Notes: generated by a model not told the origin, from the letters alone. A stretch of DNA of 64,000 nucleotides from a bacterium (GCA_021812945.1 JAKAMI010000002.1:1047-65046); one strand, 5' to 3'; shown: positions 1 through 9,111, numbered from the stretch's first letter. Made by a program: numbers and translations.

Positions 1-1277
1 TTTCGATCGGAAAAGGGCACGAACTTGTGCTCGCCCACGGCCATAACCTCCTCTGCGCCCTTGCCGGTGATTACCACCACGTCTCCTTTCTCAGCCTCGG
101 CGATGGCTTTGCGAATGGCTTGCTTTCTGTCTAAAACTTTCCAGTAGTTACGATTCAGCCTCCACTGATTCTTTCTGCCGCCTTTGAGGACTCCGGCGGC
201 CACAACCTCGATAATCGACATCGGGTCTTCGTCGTAGGGATCCTCGTCCGTCACAATTATTAGGTCGGCGTAGTTTCCGGCCAGAGCTCCCATGATCGGC
301 CGTTTGGTCGTATCGCGTCGGCCGGTGGCGCCGAGGACGGCGATCAGCCGGCCGCCACGGTTTTGCATACCTTGTTTGACGGTCTCATAAACATTTTTTA
401 GCGAGTCGGCGTTGTGGGCGTAGTCGACGATGACGGTAAAATCCTGTTTGGGGCTGACTACAATCTGTTCCATCCGTCCGCGGATGCCCGAGACATTTTC
501 CAGGCCTTTTTTGATTATTTCAGGATCAATCCCCAAAGCCACACCGGTGCAGAAAGCCGCCAGCTGGTTTGAGATATTGAAAATGCCCGGCAGGTGCGAG
601 TTGATAGCTACTTGGCCGTTTTCCGCGGCGGCGGTGAAGGTGGAACTGTCCGGGCTCAGGAGAATCTTGCGGGCAACGGCGCCGTGATCAACCGACTTGT
701 TGATCGAGAACAAAAACTTTTCCTTGGCCTTGAGGTTGTAAAAAAGATTCCAGTGCTGATCGTCGCGGTTAATGACAAACTTAGCCTCGGGGTTTTGTTT
801 GAAAACCTTGAGCTTGGCATTGAGGTAATTTTCCATCGTCTTGTGATAGTCCAGGTGGTCGTGCGAGAGATTGGTATAGACTAAAACGTCGAAATCAATG
901 CCGTGAGTGCGGTATTGATCGATAGCCGAAGAGGTGACTTCCAGCACAACATGAGTGATACCCCGATTCTTGATTTCTCTAAAAAATTTTTGCAAAACAT
1001 GCGCCGGAGGAGTGGTGACCCAGAGATTTTTTTCAGTGTGATAGATGGTTTTGTCGCCGATTTTAGTGTTGATGGTCGTCTCCATGGCGTTGGGGATTTT
1101 GGCTGCGTCCAGGATAGAAGATATCAAGTTGCAGACAGATGTTTTGCCTTTGGTACCGGTGACGCCGACGACGGTCAGTTTCTTGGAGGGATTGCCATAG
1201 CGAATCCGCGCCAGCTGCGACTGGAGCTTGTGAAGTTTGTTTTTGGTTGATTGGGGCAAAAGTTTCTTTAGGTTCAT
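1..1277 (-). CDS. Mur ligase family protein (MurE/MurF-like), 3' part cut by window edge
   Basis: Minus-strand translation from the ATG at about 1277 reads MNLKKLL...LTVVGVTGTKGKTSVCN (Mur ligase P-loop)...DHLDYHKTMENYLNAK and continues past position 1. The ORF track lists only antisense + ORFs here. Confidence 0.7.
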   Translation of the reverse strand, partial: MNLKKLLPQSTKNKLHKLQSQLARIRYGNPSKKLTVVGVTGTKGKTSVCNLISSILDAAKIPNAMETTINTKIGDKTIYHTEKNLWVTTPPAHVLQKFFREIKNRGITHVVLEVTSSAIDQYRTHGIDFDVLVYTNLSHDHLDYHKTMENYLNAKLKVFKQNPEAKFVINRDDQHWNLFYNLKAKEKFLFSINKSVDHGAVARKILLSPDSSTFTAAAENGQVAINSHLPGIFNISNQLAAFCTGVALGIDPEIIKKGLENVSGIRGRMEQIVVSPKQDFTVIVDYAHNADSLKNVYETVKQGMQNRGGRLIAVLGATGRRDTTKRPIMGALAGNYADLIIVTDEDPYDEDPMSIIEVVAAGVLKGGRKNQWRLNRNYWKVLDRKQAIRKAIAEAEKGDVVVITGKGAEEVMAVGEHKFVPFSDR

Positions 1278-1316
1278 AAGTCTAATGGGTCCAATGGGTC
1301 AAATAAGTCCGACAAT

Positions 1317-2354
1317 TTAACGTCTAATTTTTTCCGCCATCTTGAAAAGCTGGTATTTTGTTTTGTTGAAAACCAGGTCGTAGCTACCCAGAAGATCGAC
1401 TTGACGGCCGCCGAACTGTTTTTTGAAGCGGGTTACTCCAGCCCATGGATGCTTGGGATTATTGTCCGGCGCGATGCCGAAGAAGTCGTATTCGACGCAT
1501 CCTTTGGTCTTGGCGTCTTTGATGATCTCCCAGTGCAGTTTGTAAGGCGCCATCAGCTCGCGGTGTTTACTGCTCGATCCGCCAAAGAGATAGGTCGCTC
1601 TTTTATCGTAGTAGGTGACAATGGCGGCGGCAAGGATAGTTGACTCGTTGACTCGTTGACTCGTGGATTCGTTACTCGATTCGTAATTTTGTACTTTTGT
1701 TGTTCCATTTGTACTTTCGTGAGGGGCGCGCGCTTCGCGCGCCAGGAACACTTGAACATAGTCCTTTTCTTTCAAAATGTCAACCAGTTTTTGGAAATAT
1801 TGTTCGTTGCGGTAGGTAATCTTTTGTCTCTTTGCCATGATTTGGTAGAGCTGAAAGAATTCGCGGACGGAATCGGTTTTTTCAATGATTATCCCGCTAC
1901 GCTCGGCAACCCTAATATTATATCTGCCTTTCGGTTTCATTTGTTCCAGAATCTCTGCCTCTGTCCGGTCGATATCGAGTATGAGCGTATGTTCGGGTTG
2001 CATCTCCTCAAAAGCCTTAATGTAGTCCGAAAGTCCCAAAGTCCCAAAGTCCTGAGTCGCCGGTATGTCAAACTCGGCGCGGCAGAAGATGGCTTTGTTT
2101 TCTGATGCGATATTTTTGATTTGTTTTAGATAACTTTGAGATTTGAGGTCTGAGACTTGAGATGCGCCCAACATGGGCGAATATAGCATCGACCATCCAA
2201 GTGGTAATTTCTTCTGCAGCAATAAAATACCGCTTACTCGGTAAGATTTTGAGTAGCCTGTTTTCAGTTTGAACTTTTCCCATTCCGGTGTCTGAAATAT
2301 TGATGACATTGGTTTCATCTTATCAAAAAAAGCCCCCGAAAGCGAGGAAGTCAA
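1317..2354 (-). CDS. FemAB-family peptidoglycan interpeptide-bridge transferase, with an in-frame repeat insertion
   Basis: 345 aa. The C-terminal half (YDFFGIAPDNNPKHPWAGVTRFKKQFGG) is typical of FemAB/FemX. An internal stretch ESTNGTTKVQNYESSNESTSQRVNEST is encoded by tandem ttgactc heptamers plus a tacaaa repeat. Confidence 0.7.
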   Translation of the reverse strand: MTSSLSGAFFDKMKPMSSIFQTPEWEKFKLKTGYSKSYRVSGILLLQKKLPLGWSMLYSPMLGASQVSDLKSQSYLKQIKNIASENKAIFCRAEFDIPATQDFGTLGLSDYIKAFEEMQPEHTLILDIDRTEAEILEQMKPKGRYNIRVAERSGIIIEKTDSVREFFQLYQIMAKRQKITYRNEQYFQKLVDILKEKDYVQVFLAREARAPHESTNGTTKVQNYESSNESTSQRVNESTILAAAIVTYYDKRATYLFGGSSSKHRELMAPYKLHWEIIKDAKTKGCVEYDFFGIAPDNNPKHPWAGVTRFKKQFGGRQVDLLGSYDLVFNKTKYQLFKMAEKIRR

Positions 2355-2438
2355 AAAACTTAGAACCCCGCGGGGAGCGGGGTTCGCAGTTGGGATCGGG
2401 GAGCAACGGAAGCGAGGAGATCTTGGCTGAGGAAATGG

Positions 2439-2939
2439 CTAGGTCTCTGCCGAGAAGTGGCAAGTAGGCGAATTGAGGGGAAGTACAACAAACCGGCCGA
2501 GATCGACGTGCTCGATTCCGTTGGTTCCCCCTGTAATCTTGAGCTTGGTTTTCCCCCCTAAATGGAGGGTGCCGGCACAGTGACCTTCGTGGACGATTTG
2601 ACCGCTGTCCGGGTCGATCATCATGACCATGCGCCGGCAAGATCCGCGGCAACGGAATTCCGGATTGTTGCAGGGTAATGCGTCCTTCATCGAAATCCCG
2701 ATAGTCATGCCGATCACCTCCGGGGGTAGCGTTAGTTTAATATTATCCCTAAACAAAAACTTTGCAAGGCCCCGAACAGATGGCGGAACTCGTTCGAAAT
2801 GACGGTTGTTGTGGGGTTGCGGCAGATGAACTGGAAAAACAGGATCAATAAGGGTTAGGAGAGCCGATCCAAACGAACTACTCTCGATCCGGGTGGACCG
2901 AGAGTACGGCAGTTCGTGATACCCGAGGCGGGGTATCAA
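2439..2939 (-). CDS. Hypothetical Cys/His-rich protein in a high-GC block; doubtful
   Basis: ORF in a 57-60% GC segment with no recognisable family. A non-coding element cannot be excluded. Confidence 0.2.
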   Translation of the reverse strand: MIPRLGYHELPYSRSTRIESSSFGSALLTLIDPVFPVHLPQPHNNRHFERVPPSVRGLAKFLFRDNIKLTLPPEVIGMTIGISMKDALPCNNPEFRCRGSCRRMVMMIDPDSGQIVHEGHCAGTLHLGGKTKLKITGGTNGIEHVDLGRFVVLPLNSPTCHFSAET

Positions 2940-2951
2940 GCGGGTTTGAGC

Positions 2952-3287
2952 TTAGGGCATCGAGGGAATGGGATGGATGCCTAGGAGGTAGGCGGTATGG
3001 GACTCGACGACGGCCTGAAATGTCGATGGCAGATCTAACGCGCCTGAATGGTCCTTAAGGCAGCAGTGCCAGTTGGCTTCGACCCCTTGGTACTCCGCAC
3101 ATAAGTTGAACAGCCAATCGAAGTACCAAGGTTGCGGCAGGTTAATCAGGTAGAGACGGTACGGCCCCTCAGGGGTTTCGATGACGTGAGGTTGCGGTAG
3201 GTCTGTTACCCCGCAGTTTTGGGGTAGTTGGTTGAGTAGACTCGTGTTGTCTATGACGGGAGCTATCAGGACAGATGCCGGATGCAT
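2952..3287 (-). CDS. Hypothetical protein; doubtful
   Basis: 111 aa ORF in the same high-GC block, no motifs. Confidence 0.2.
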   Translation of the reverse strand: MHPASVLIAPVIDNTSLLNQLPQNCGVTDLPQPHVIETPEGPYRLYLINLPQPWYFDWLFNLCAEYQGVEANWHCCLKDHSGALDLPSTFQAVVESHTAYLLGIHPIPSMP

Positions 3288-3389
3288 GAACGTCCCTCCA
3301 TGTGCGAGCTTGGTCTGTCTAATTCTAAAATAGATAATATTATATGCACTGTCTAGACCTCGAAGCTATAATCTGTTATTTTGGAGGAT

Positions 3390-4856
3390 ATGAAAGAGAT
3401 TAAAATATTGGCCATAGAAACAAGTTGCGATGAAACCTGCGCAGCCGTTATCATGGCTGCCTCCTCGCGAAAGTACAAAAACTACAAAAGTACAAACATT
3501 GGAGAATGCCCGGTCGTTTTGTCGAATGTGGTGAGTTCGCAGATCGACCTGCACGCAAAAACCGGCGGCATCGTGCCGGAGGTGGCGAGTCGAGCGCATA
3601 TAGAGGTGATCGTCCCTGTTATTCGCGAAGCGCTCATAATAGCAAACCCTAAACTCGAAATTCTAAACTCTAAAAAAATTCAAAAATCTAAAAATAAGAT
3701 CAGCGCTGTGTTAGAGAACAATTTAGTAATTCAGCAATACAGCAATGAAATTTCGGAAATGCTTTCCGAAATTACCCACATCGCCGTGACTTCCGGGCCG
3801 GGGTTGGTCGGGGCGCTGTTGGTAGGGTTTAACACGGCCAAAACATTGGCGTATTCGCTGAATATTCCCATCGTGCCAATTAACCATATTGAGGGACACA
3901 TTTACTCGGCGATGGCCTCTGTGCCTGTCATTGCTAGGGCCGGTGTTTCGGCCCGTGGCAATCTAGCAAAGGAGATTGCCAGGTCGCCCCTCCTCGCAAT
4001 GACAAAGGGAGGGGTCAACTTCCCCATCTTGGCTTTGACAGTCTCGGGTGGTCATACTTCGCTTACCATAATGAAAGACCATGGAGTCTATGAAAACATC
4101 GGCCACACCATAGATGATGCAGCGGGCGAGGCATTTGATAAAGTGGCCAAGTTATTGGGACTAGGCTACCCGGGAGGACCGGCTGTTTCTAAACTCGCTG
4201 AAGAGTTTAGAAACAGAATAATCAATAATCAAGAGACAATAACCAAACAAATTCCAAATTCTAAATCTCAAAATCTCAAACCGGACTTCCGGACTTCCGG
4301 ACTTTCGGACTCGGGACTTGTATTTCCCCGTCCGATGCTCAATTCGGGAAACTTTAACTTTTCTTTCTCAGGACTCAAAACCGCGGTTCTAAATATAGTC
4401 CATAGTCTAAAAGTCCAAGAGTCCAAAGGTGAAAATTCGAAGACTTTAGGACTTCCGAACTTTCGGACTCAGGACTGGCGACCGGAGGTCGCCTTCGCTT
4501 TTGAAGAGGCGGTGGTGGATGTGCTGGCGACCAAGACGATGAGAGCGGTACTTAAATACAAACCGAAAACCGTGGTTCTAGCCGGCGGGGTGGCGGCGAA
4601 TAATCGATTGAGATCAGAACTACAGGGAAGGATTGAGACATATAATCACGGTCATCCTGAACTTGTTTCAGGATCCCATGGTAGACTGGAGGATTCTTCG
4701 GCTGCGCCTCAGAATAATGTGTCGTTGTTGATGCCTCCTCCGGAAATGTGTGGGGACAATGCGGCCATGATCGGACTGGCGGCGTACTACCACATTTTCC
4801 GCGGAGAAACTCCAAAATGGCACGAAATAAGTCTTGATGCCAATGCAAAACTGTAA
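3390..4856 (+). CDS. tsaD: tRNA N6-adenosine threonylcarbamoyltransferase TsaD (Kae1/Gcp family), about 150 aa longer than usual because of repeat insertions
   Basis: MKEIKILAIETSCDETCAAV N-terminus and GPGLVGALLVG motifs. An SD (ttggaggat) precedes the ATG at 3390; the ORF track starts at an upstream TTG. Inserts: [72 protein letters not shown]. Confidence 0.85.
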   Translation: MKEIKILAIETSCDETCAAVIMAASSRKYKNYKSTNIGECPVVLSNVVSSQIDLHAKTGGIVPEVASRAHIEVIVPVIREALIIANPKLEILNSKKIQKSKNKISAVLENNLVIQQYSNEISEMLSEITHIAVTSGPGLVGALLVGFNTAKTLAYSLNIPIVPINHIEGHIYSAMASVPVIARAGVSARGNLAKEIARSPLLAMTKGGVNFPILALTVSGGHTSLTIMKDHGVYENIGHTIDDAAGEAFDKVAKLLGLGYPGGPAVSKLAEEFRNRIINNQETITKQIPNSKSQNLKPDFRTSGLSDSGLVFPRPMLNSGNFNFSFSGLKTAVLNIVHSLKVQESKGENSKTLGLPNFRTQDWRPEVAFAFEEAVVDVLATKTMRAVLKYKPKTVVLAGGVAANNRLRSELQGRIETYNHGHPELVSGSHGRLEDSSAAPQNNVSLLMPPPEMCGDNAAMIGLAAYYHIFRGETPKWHEISLDANAKL

Positions 4857-4887
4857 TTGATTACCATTTTATGATAATTTAGGGCTA

Positions 4888-7377
4888 ATGAAGAAAATTA
4901 TTTCAAAATCGTGGGAACCGGAAAAGTACGAGAAAAAGCTCTACTCTACTTGGGAATCGAAAGGTTATTTCAAACCGGAAATCAATCCGGAGGGTGAGCC
5001 ATACTCGATCATCATGCCGCCGCCAAACGCCAACGGCTCCCTGCACCTGGGGCATGCGGTTTTCGTGACTCTCGAGGACATTATGACCCGCTATGCCCGG
5101 ATGCAAGGCAAGGCTGCTTTGTGGCTGCCGGGCGCCGACCACGGCGGATTTGAAACTCAGATTGTATTCGAAAAAAAGCTGGAGAAAGAGGGCAAGAGCC
5201 GGTTCGGTATGGATCGTAACGAGCTTTACCGGATGATGTGGGATTTTAGCTTGGAAAATAAATCCGGGATGGAAGATCAGCTGAGAAAATTAGGCGCCAG
5301 CTGTGATTGGGATAGGGAAAAATTCACGCTGGATGAGGATATTGTCAAAATAGTCAACGAGACCTTTGTCAAATTATACAATGACGGACTGGTATATCAG
5401 GATCTACGGCCTGTCAACTGGTGCACCAAACACCAGACCTCGCTTTCCGATCTGGAAGTGAAATACGAGGAACAAACAGATCCACTCTACTTCGTCAAAT
5501 ATCAAATATCAAATATCAAATATCAAAAATATAAATCTAAAATCAAAAATTCAGAATACTTAACGATCGCGACTACAAGGCCGGAAACAATATTCGGTGA
5601 TACCGCAATCGCCGTCAGCCCAAACGATAAACGGTTTGCGGAATTGATCGGGTTAAGCGTGAAGATACCGTTGACCGAGATCGAGATTCCGGTCATTGCC
5701 GACAAAATGGTTGATCCGAAGTTTGGGACCGGCGCGGTTAAGATTACTCCGGCTCATGATCCGAACGACTTTGAAGCCGGCAAGCGCCACAATCTTGAGA
5801 TCAAAGAAGTCATAGATCAATACGGCCGGTTGAACGAAAAAGCCGAACCGTTCGCCGGATTAAAAATCTTCGAAGCCAGACGACAGGTGGTCGAGGCGAT
5901 GAAAGAAAAGGGCATTTTGGAAAAAGTCGACGAAAACTATATTCACACCGTCGGCAAGTGCTACAAATGCGGCGCGGTTATCGAACCGCGAGTCTCAAAA
6001 CAGTGGTATATCGCGGTCAACAAAAAGGGTAAAAAAAGCGGGAAAATATTAGCAAAAGACGCTCTGGAGGCGGTCAAAACCGGCAAGATCAAATTTGTCT
6101 CCGAAAAGTTTGAAAAGATTTTTTATCACTGGCTGACCAATATTCGCGACTGGAACATCTCGAGGCAGATCGTTTGGGGCATCAGACTTCCGGTTTGGTA
6201 CCGGAAGTCTAATATCAAAGATCAAATATCAAATGTCAAAAATGCAGATCAAAAATCTCAAAATGAAAATACAAAAAATGCGATAAGCACCCGCGAGGTG
6301 GGCTTTGACTCCTCGGGGGTGGGAGACGGTGAAGTAAGTGAAGTATATGTGGGGATAAATCCACCCGACGGCTGGATTCAGGAAACTGATGTGTTCGATG
6401 CCTGGTTTTCGTCCGGACAATGGCCCTTCGCCGCTTTGAAAGCGCAAAGCGGCTTGAGTTCAAAAGTCCAAAAGTCCAAAAGTCCAGAGTCGTCGGATGA
6501 TTATCAGAAATTTTACCCGACGGCGGTGATGGAAACCGGTTGGGACATCCTCTTTTTCTGGGTGGCGCGGATGATCATGCTGGGACTTTACGAGACCAGT
6601 CAAGTGCCTTTCAAAACCGTTTACCTGCACGGACTGGTGCGCGACAAAGACCGGCAAAAGATGAGTAAATCCAAAGGAAACGTCATTGACCCTCTCGGGG
6701 TGGCTGAGCAGTACGGCACCGATGCAGTGAGGCTGGCTCTGGTTTTCGGTACCTCGGCCGGTAACGACATTGTCATCTCCGAGGAGAAAATCCGCGGCAT
6801 GCGCAACTTCACCAACAAGATCTGGAACGCCTCTCGCTTTGTTCTGATTAACATTTCGGGTGGCGACATCGCGGCCGGAGAGGTCGGGGATATCAGAATA
6901 CAGAATACAGAGTACAGCTCGGAATATTTGACCGAAGCCGATCAACAAGTTCTTAAAGTTCATAAAGTTATAAAGTCGAAAGTTATCAAGTATCTTGAGA
7001 ATTATCAGTTTTCCCAGGCGGCTGAGCTTCTTTATGACTTTTTCTGGCACGACTTTTGCGACAGCTATATCGAAGCCAGCAAGCAGCAACTTGCTCCCCC
7101 TCGCGAAAGTACAAAAAAGGACACAAAAGTACAAAATTACAAATCAGAGATTGCCACGTCGCAGACTACTCGCCATGACGGTAACAATGAAACAATGAGA
7201 CAATGGGACAATGAAGTTTCTGAAAACACCAAAAAGGTCTTAATTAAAATTTTATCGGAAACCCTAGCCATGCTTCATCCCTTCATCCCCTTTGTCACCG
7301 AAGCCGTCTGGCAGGAGCTACGCGAAGTCTACTCCGAGCTTAAAAAGTCTATTATGATCTCTACTTGGCCGAAATAA
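4888..7377 (+). CDS. valS: Valine--tRNA ligase (class I aaRS) with several in-frame repeat insertions
   Basis: PPPNANGSLHLGHA (HIGH), KMSKSKGN (KMSKS), WCTKHQTSLSDLEV. Insertions such as KYQISNIKYQKYKSKIKNSEY, ISTREVGFDSSGVGDGE, SSKVQKSKSPESS and PPRESTKKDTKVQNYKSEI...NNETMRQWDNEVSENT match repeats found elsewhere in the window. Confidence 0.8.
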   Translation: MKKIISKSWEPEKYEKKLYSTWESKGYFKPEINPEGEPYSIIMPPPNANGSLHLGHAVFVTLEDIMTRYARMQGKAALWLPGADHGGFETQIVFEKKLEKEGKSRFGMDRNELYRMMWDFSLENKSGMEDQLRKLGASCDWDREKFTLDEDIVKIVNETFVKLYNDGLVYQDLRPVNWCTKHQTSLSDLEVKYEEQTDPLYFVKYQISNIKYQKYKSKIKNSEYLTIATTRPETIFGDTAIAVSPNDKRFAELIGLSVKIPLTEIEIPVIADKMVDPKFGTGAVKITPAHDPNDFEAGKRHNLEIKEVIDQYGRLNEKAEPFAGLKIFEARRQVVEAMKEKGILEKVDENYIHTVGKCYKCGAVIEPRVSKQWYIAVNKKGKKSGKILAKDALEAVKTGKIKFVSEKFEKIFYHWLTNIRDWNISRQIVWGIRLPVWYRKSNIKDQISNVKNADQKSQNENTKNAISTREVGFDSSGVGDGEVSEVYVGINPPDGWIQETDVFDAWFSSGQWPFAALKAQSGLSSKVQKSKSPESSDDYQKFYPTAVMETGWDILFFWVARMIMLGLYETSQVPFKTVYLHGLVRDKDRQKMSKSKGNVIDPLGVAEQYGTDAVRLALVFGTSAGNDIVISEEKIRGMRNFTNKIWNASRFVLINISGGDIAAGEVGDIRIQNTEYSSEYLTEADQQVLKVHKVIKSKVIKYLENYQFSQAAELLYDFFWHDFCDSYIEASKQQLAPPRESTKKDTKVQNYKSEIATSQTTRHDGNNETMRQWDNEVSENTKKVLIKILSETLAMLHPFIPFVTEAVWQELREVYSELKKSIMISTWPK

Positions 7378-7481
7378 CTGTTCTGTTGTAGATCGCGCTT
7401 TAACGTGCTATACAACAAGCTAAAACTTGATCTCAAAATATAAAGTTCTAAGGAAATCATTAAATTAAATGAGGGGGTGCG

Positions 7482-7833
7482 ATGGTAGAAAAGAAAAACG
7501 AAAACAAAATTGTAATTTATGTCTCACCCGACAAAAATGTTCGGCTGGATATTGAGGTTGAGAAGGATACAGTCTGGCTTTCTAATGAACAAATTACAAG
7601 ATTTTTAATGTCCAAAGGCCGGCAATTACTAAACGCCTGAACAATATTTATAAAATTGGTGAGCTGAGCCAAAATAGTACATGTTCCATTTTGGAACATG
7701 TACCCAAAAACAGAAATGACCGCGAGTATCAGACAAAATTTACAATCTAGATGCGGTTATCTCCGTTGGCTACCGGGTCAACTCGAAGAAGGCGACGCAG
7801 TTTCGGGTTTGGGCAGGAATCATACAAGAGTAG
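7482..7833 (+). pseudogene. Remnant of a RhuM-family (virulence RhuM / Fic-DOC associated) gene with an in-frame stop and a frameshift
   Basis: MVEKKNENKIVIYVSPDKNVRLDIEVEKDTVWLSNEQI then TGA at about 7638. The downstream frame gives ...YQTKF and, after a 1-nt deletion in a T-run, YNLDAVISVGYRVNSKKATQFRVWAG, the conserved RhuM core. Only about 115 of the usual roughly 330 codons remain. Confidence 0.55.
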
Positions 7834-7842
7834 GAGGCTGAG

Positions 7843-8283
7843 ATGAAAATAACAAGTCCGAGTTTTGGCGAGCAGGGGGAGATTCCGAGAGAGTTTAGCT
7901 GTGATGGGGAGGGAGTCAGTCCGGAGTTAAACATTATTGAGGCTCCGATTGGGGCCAAGAGTCTGGCCTTGATCGTCGACGATCCGGATGCCCCGAGCGG
8001 CGATTTCGTCCACTGGGTGGTTTGGAATATTAGTTCAACCACCGCTATGATCGGGCGAAATGAAGTCCCTGAGGGAGGTGTGGTTGGGGTGAACAGCTCT
8101 GGATCAAACAAATACATTGCACCCTGCCCGCCGAGCGGTACGCATCACTACCATTTTAAGCTGTACGCACTCGATATAGTGCTTGATTTAGAATCGAACG
8201 CCGGCAAGCAGGAATTGGTCGAAGCTATGGCCGACCATACGATTGAATCAGCGGAGTTGGTAGGTTTGTATTCAAGGCAATAA
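7843..8283 (+). CDS. YbhB/YbcL (PEBP/RKIP) family protein
   Basis: DDPDAPSGDFVHWVVWNI...CPPSGTHHYHFKLYALD is diagnostic of bacterial PEBP. AGGAGG SD before the ATG. Confidence 0.8.
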   Translation: MKITSPSFGEQGEIPREFSCDGEGVSPELNIIEAPIGAKSLALIVDDPDAPSGDFVHWVVWNISSTTAMIGRNEVPEGGVVGVNSSGSNKYIAPCPPSGTHHYHFKLYALDIVLDLESNAGKQELVEAMADHTIESAELVGLYSRQ

Positions 8284-8293
8284 CAATAAAATG

Positions 8294-8480
8294 AAGACAG
8301 TCTTTTTGAAGATGTAAAGACTGTCTTTAAGACTCTCGAGATTAAAGTAAAGACAGTCTTCCAAAGCAGCGAAGACTGTCTTTTAGCGGGCAAAGCGATG
8401 ACAGTCTTCCATGGCAGCGAAGACTGTCTTTAGCAAACAGAGCAAAGACAGTCTTCCAAGGTAGCGAAGACTGTCTTTTA
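8294..8480. terminator. Tandem array of four near-identical terminator-like hairpins (aaagacagtcttc-loop-gaagactgtcttt) between convergent genes
   Basis: Perfect 12-13 bp stems, 9-11 nt loops, each followed by T-runs, at about 8294-8329, 8349-8385, 8397-8431, 8445-8480. Single copies of the same hairpin end two other genes (10073-10110 and 59017-59057). Confidence 0.6.
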
Positions 8481-8497
8481 AAAAACTGTTTAAAAAA

Positions 8498-9079
8498 TTA
8501 GTTCTGGATGAATTTGCCTTCGGTCAGGGAGTTGACCAGAAAGCCGCTGCCGGCCTTGACCACATCCAGAGTGTTATCGGAGTAGCCGATCTCGGCGCCC
8601 TGAAGGTTTTGATAGGATCGGACGATAACAGTGTATTTCTGACCGGCGGTGACGGCTTTGGTCGAAGTGATCTCGGTGCGCCCGCGGCTGGGACTAGAGA
8701 CGCCGGCAAAGCTGGACTGATCGGTGGAGTTGAAATATGCCGTGGTCATAAATGGCTTGGCGTCATCCAAACTTCGTTGCTTCCAGGCGGTCAGGAAACT
8801 GTTGACGACTTTATTGACCGCGGCAATATTATCCGCTTCCGAAACCACCGGAGCGGCGGGAACAGTTGTGGTGGCCGGTGTCATGGTTTTGGCCGGAGTT
8901 GCGGCGGTATCGTCGGTTTTGGTCGTTACGTTGTTAGTATCAGTCGCTACCGTTTCAGTCTTCGCCGTATTGCCCGATTTGACAAATTTGCCCCGGACGA
9001 TAAAACCGATCAAGGTGAGAGCGATTATCGCTAATATGATGATCAACCAGGTATATTTCCCTTGCCTATTCTCATGCAT
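8498..9079 (-). CDS. Hypothetical membrane-anchored, Thr-rich secreted protein
   Basis: N-terminal TM helix (TWLIIILAIIALTLIGFIV), Thr/Ala-rich linker, no known domain. Confidence 0.45.
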   Translation of the reverse strand: MHENRQGKYTWLIIILAIIALTLIGFIVRGKFVKSGNTAKTETVATDTNNVTTKTDDTAATPAKTMTPATTTVPAAPVVSEADNIAAVNKVVNSFLTAWKQRSLDDAKPFMTTAYFNSTDQSSFAGVSSPSRGRTEITSTKAVTAGQKYTVIVRSYQNLQGAEIGYSDNTLDVVKAGSGFLVNSLTEGKFIQN

Positions 9080-9111
9080 ATTTCCTCCATCTTAGTTTTG
9101 ATATTTACTTT

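Noticed and set aside
430-1250. Three + strand ORFs (430-687, 594-884, 903-1250)
   Set aside because: They are antisense to a clear minus-strand Mur ligase gene that runs off the window, and have no motifs.
3381-3389. ORF-track starts at non-ATG codons for tsaD, GT2 (17373), dnaB (40972), VanW (51507), TrmB-like (25047) and others
   Set aside because: The track prints alternative start codons as M. In each case an in-frame ATG with an SD lies a few codons downstream and matches the conserved N-terminus of the family.
8294-8480. CRISPR array
   Set aside because: The repeats are perfect palindromic hairpins with T-runs, and the spacers are only 9-20 nt and partly repetitive. No cas genes are in the window and identical hairpins terminate other genes. 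I interpret it as a terminator hairpin array.
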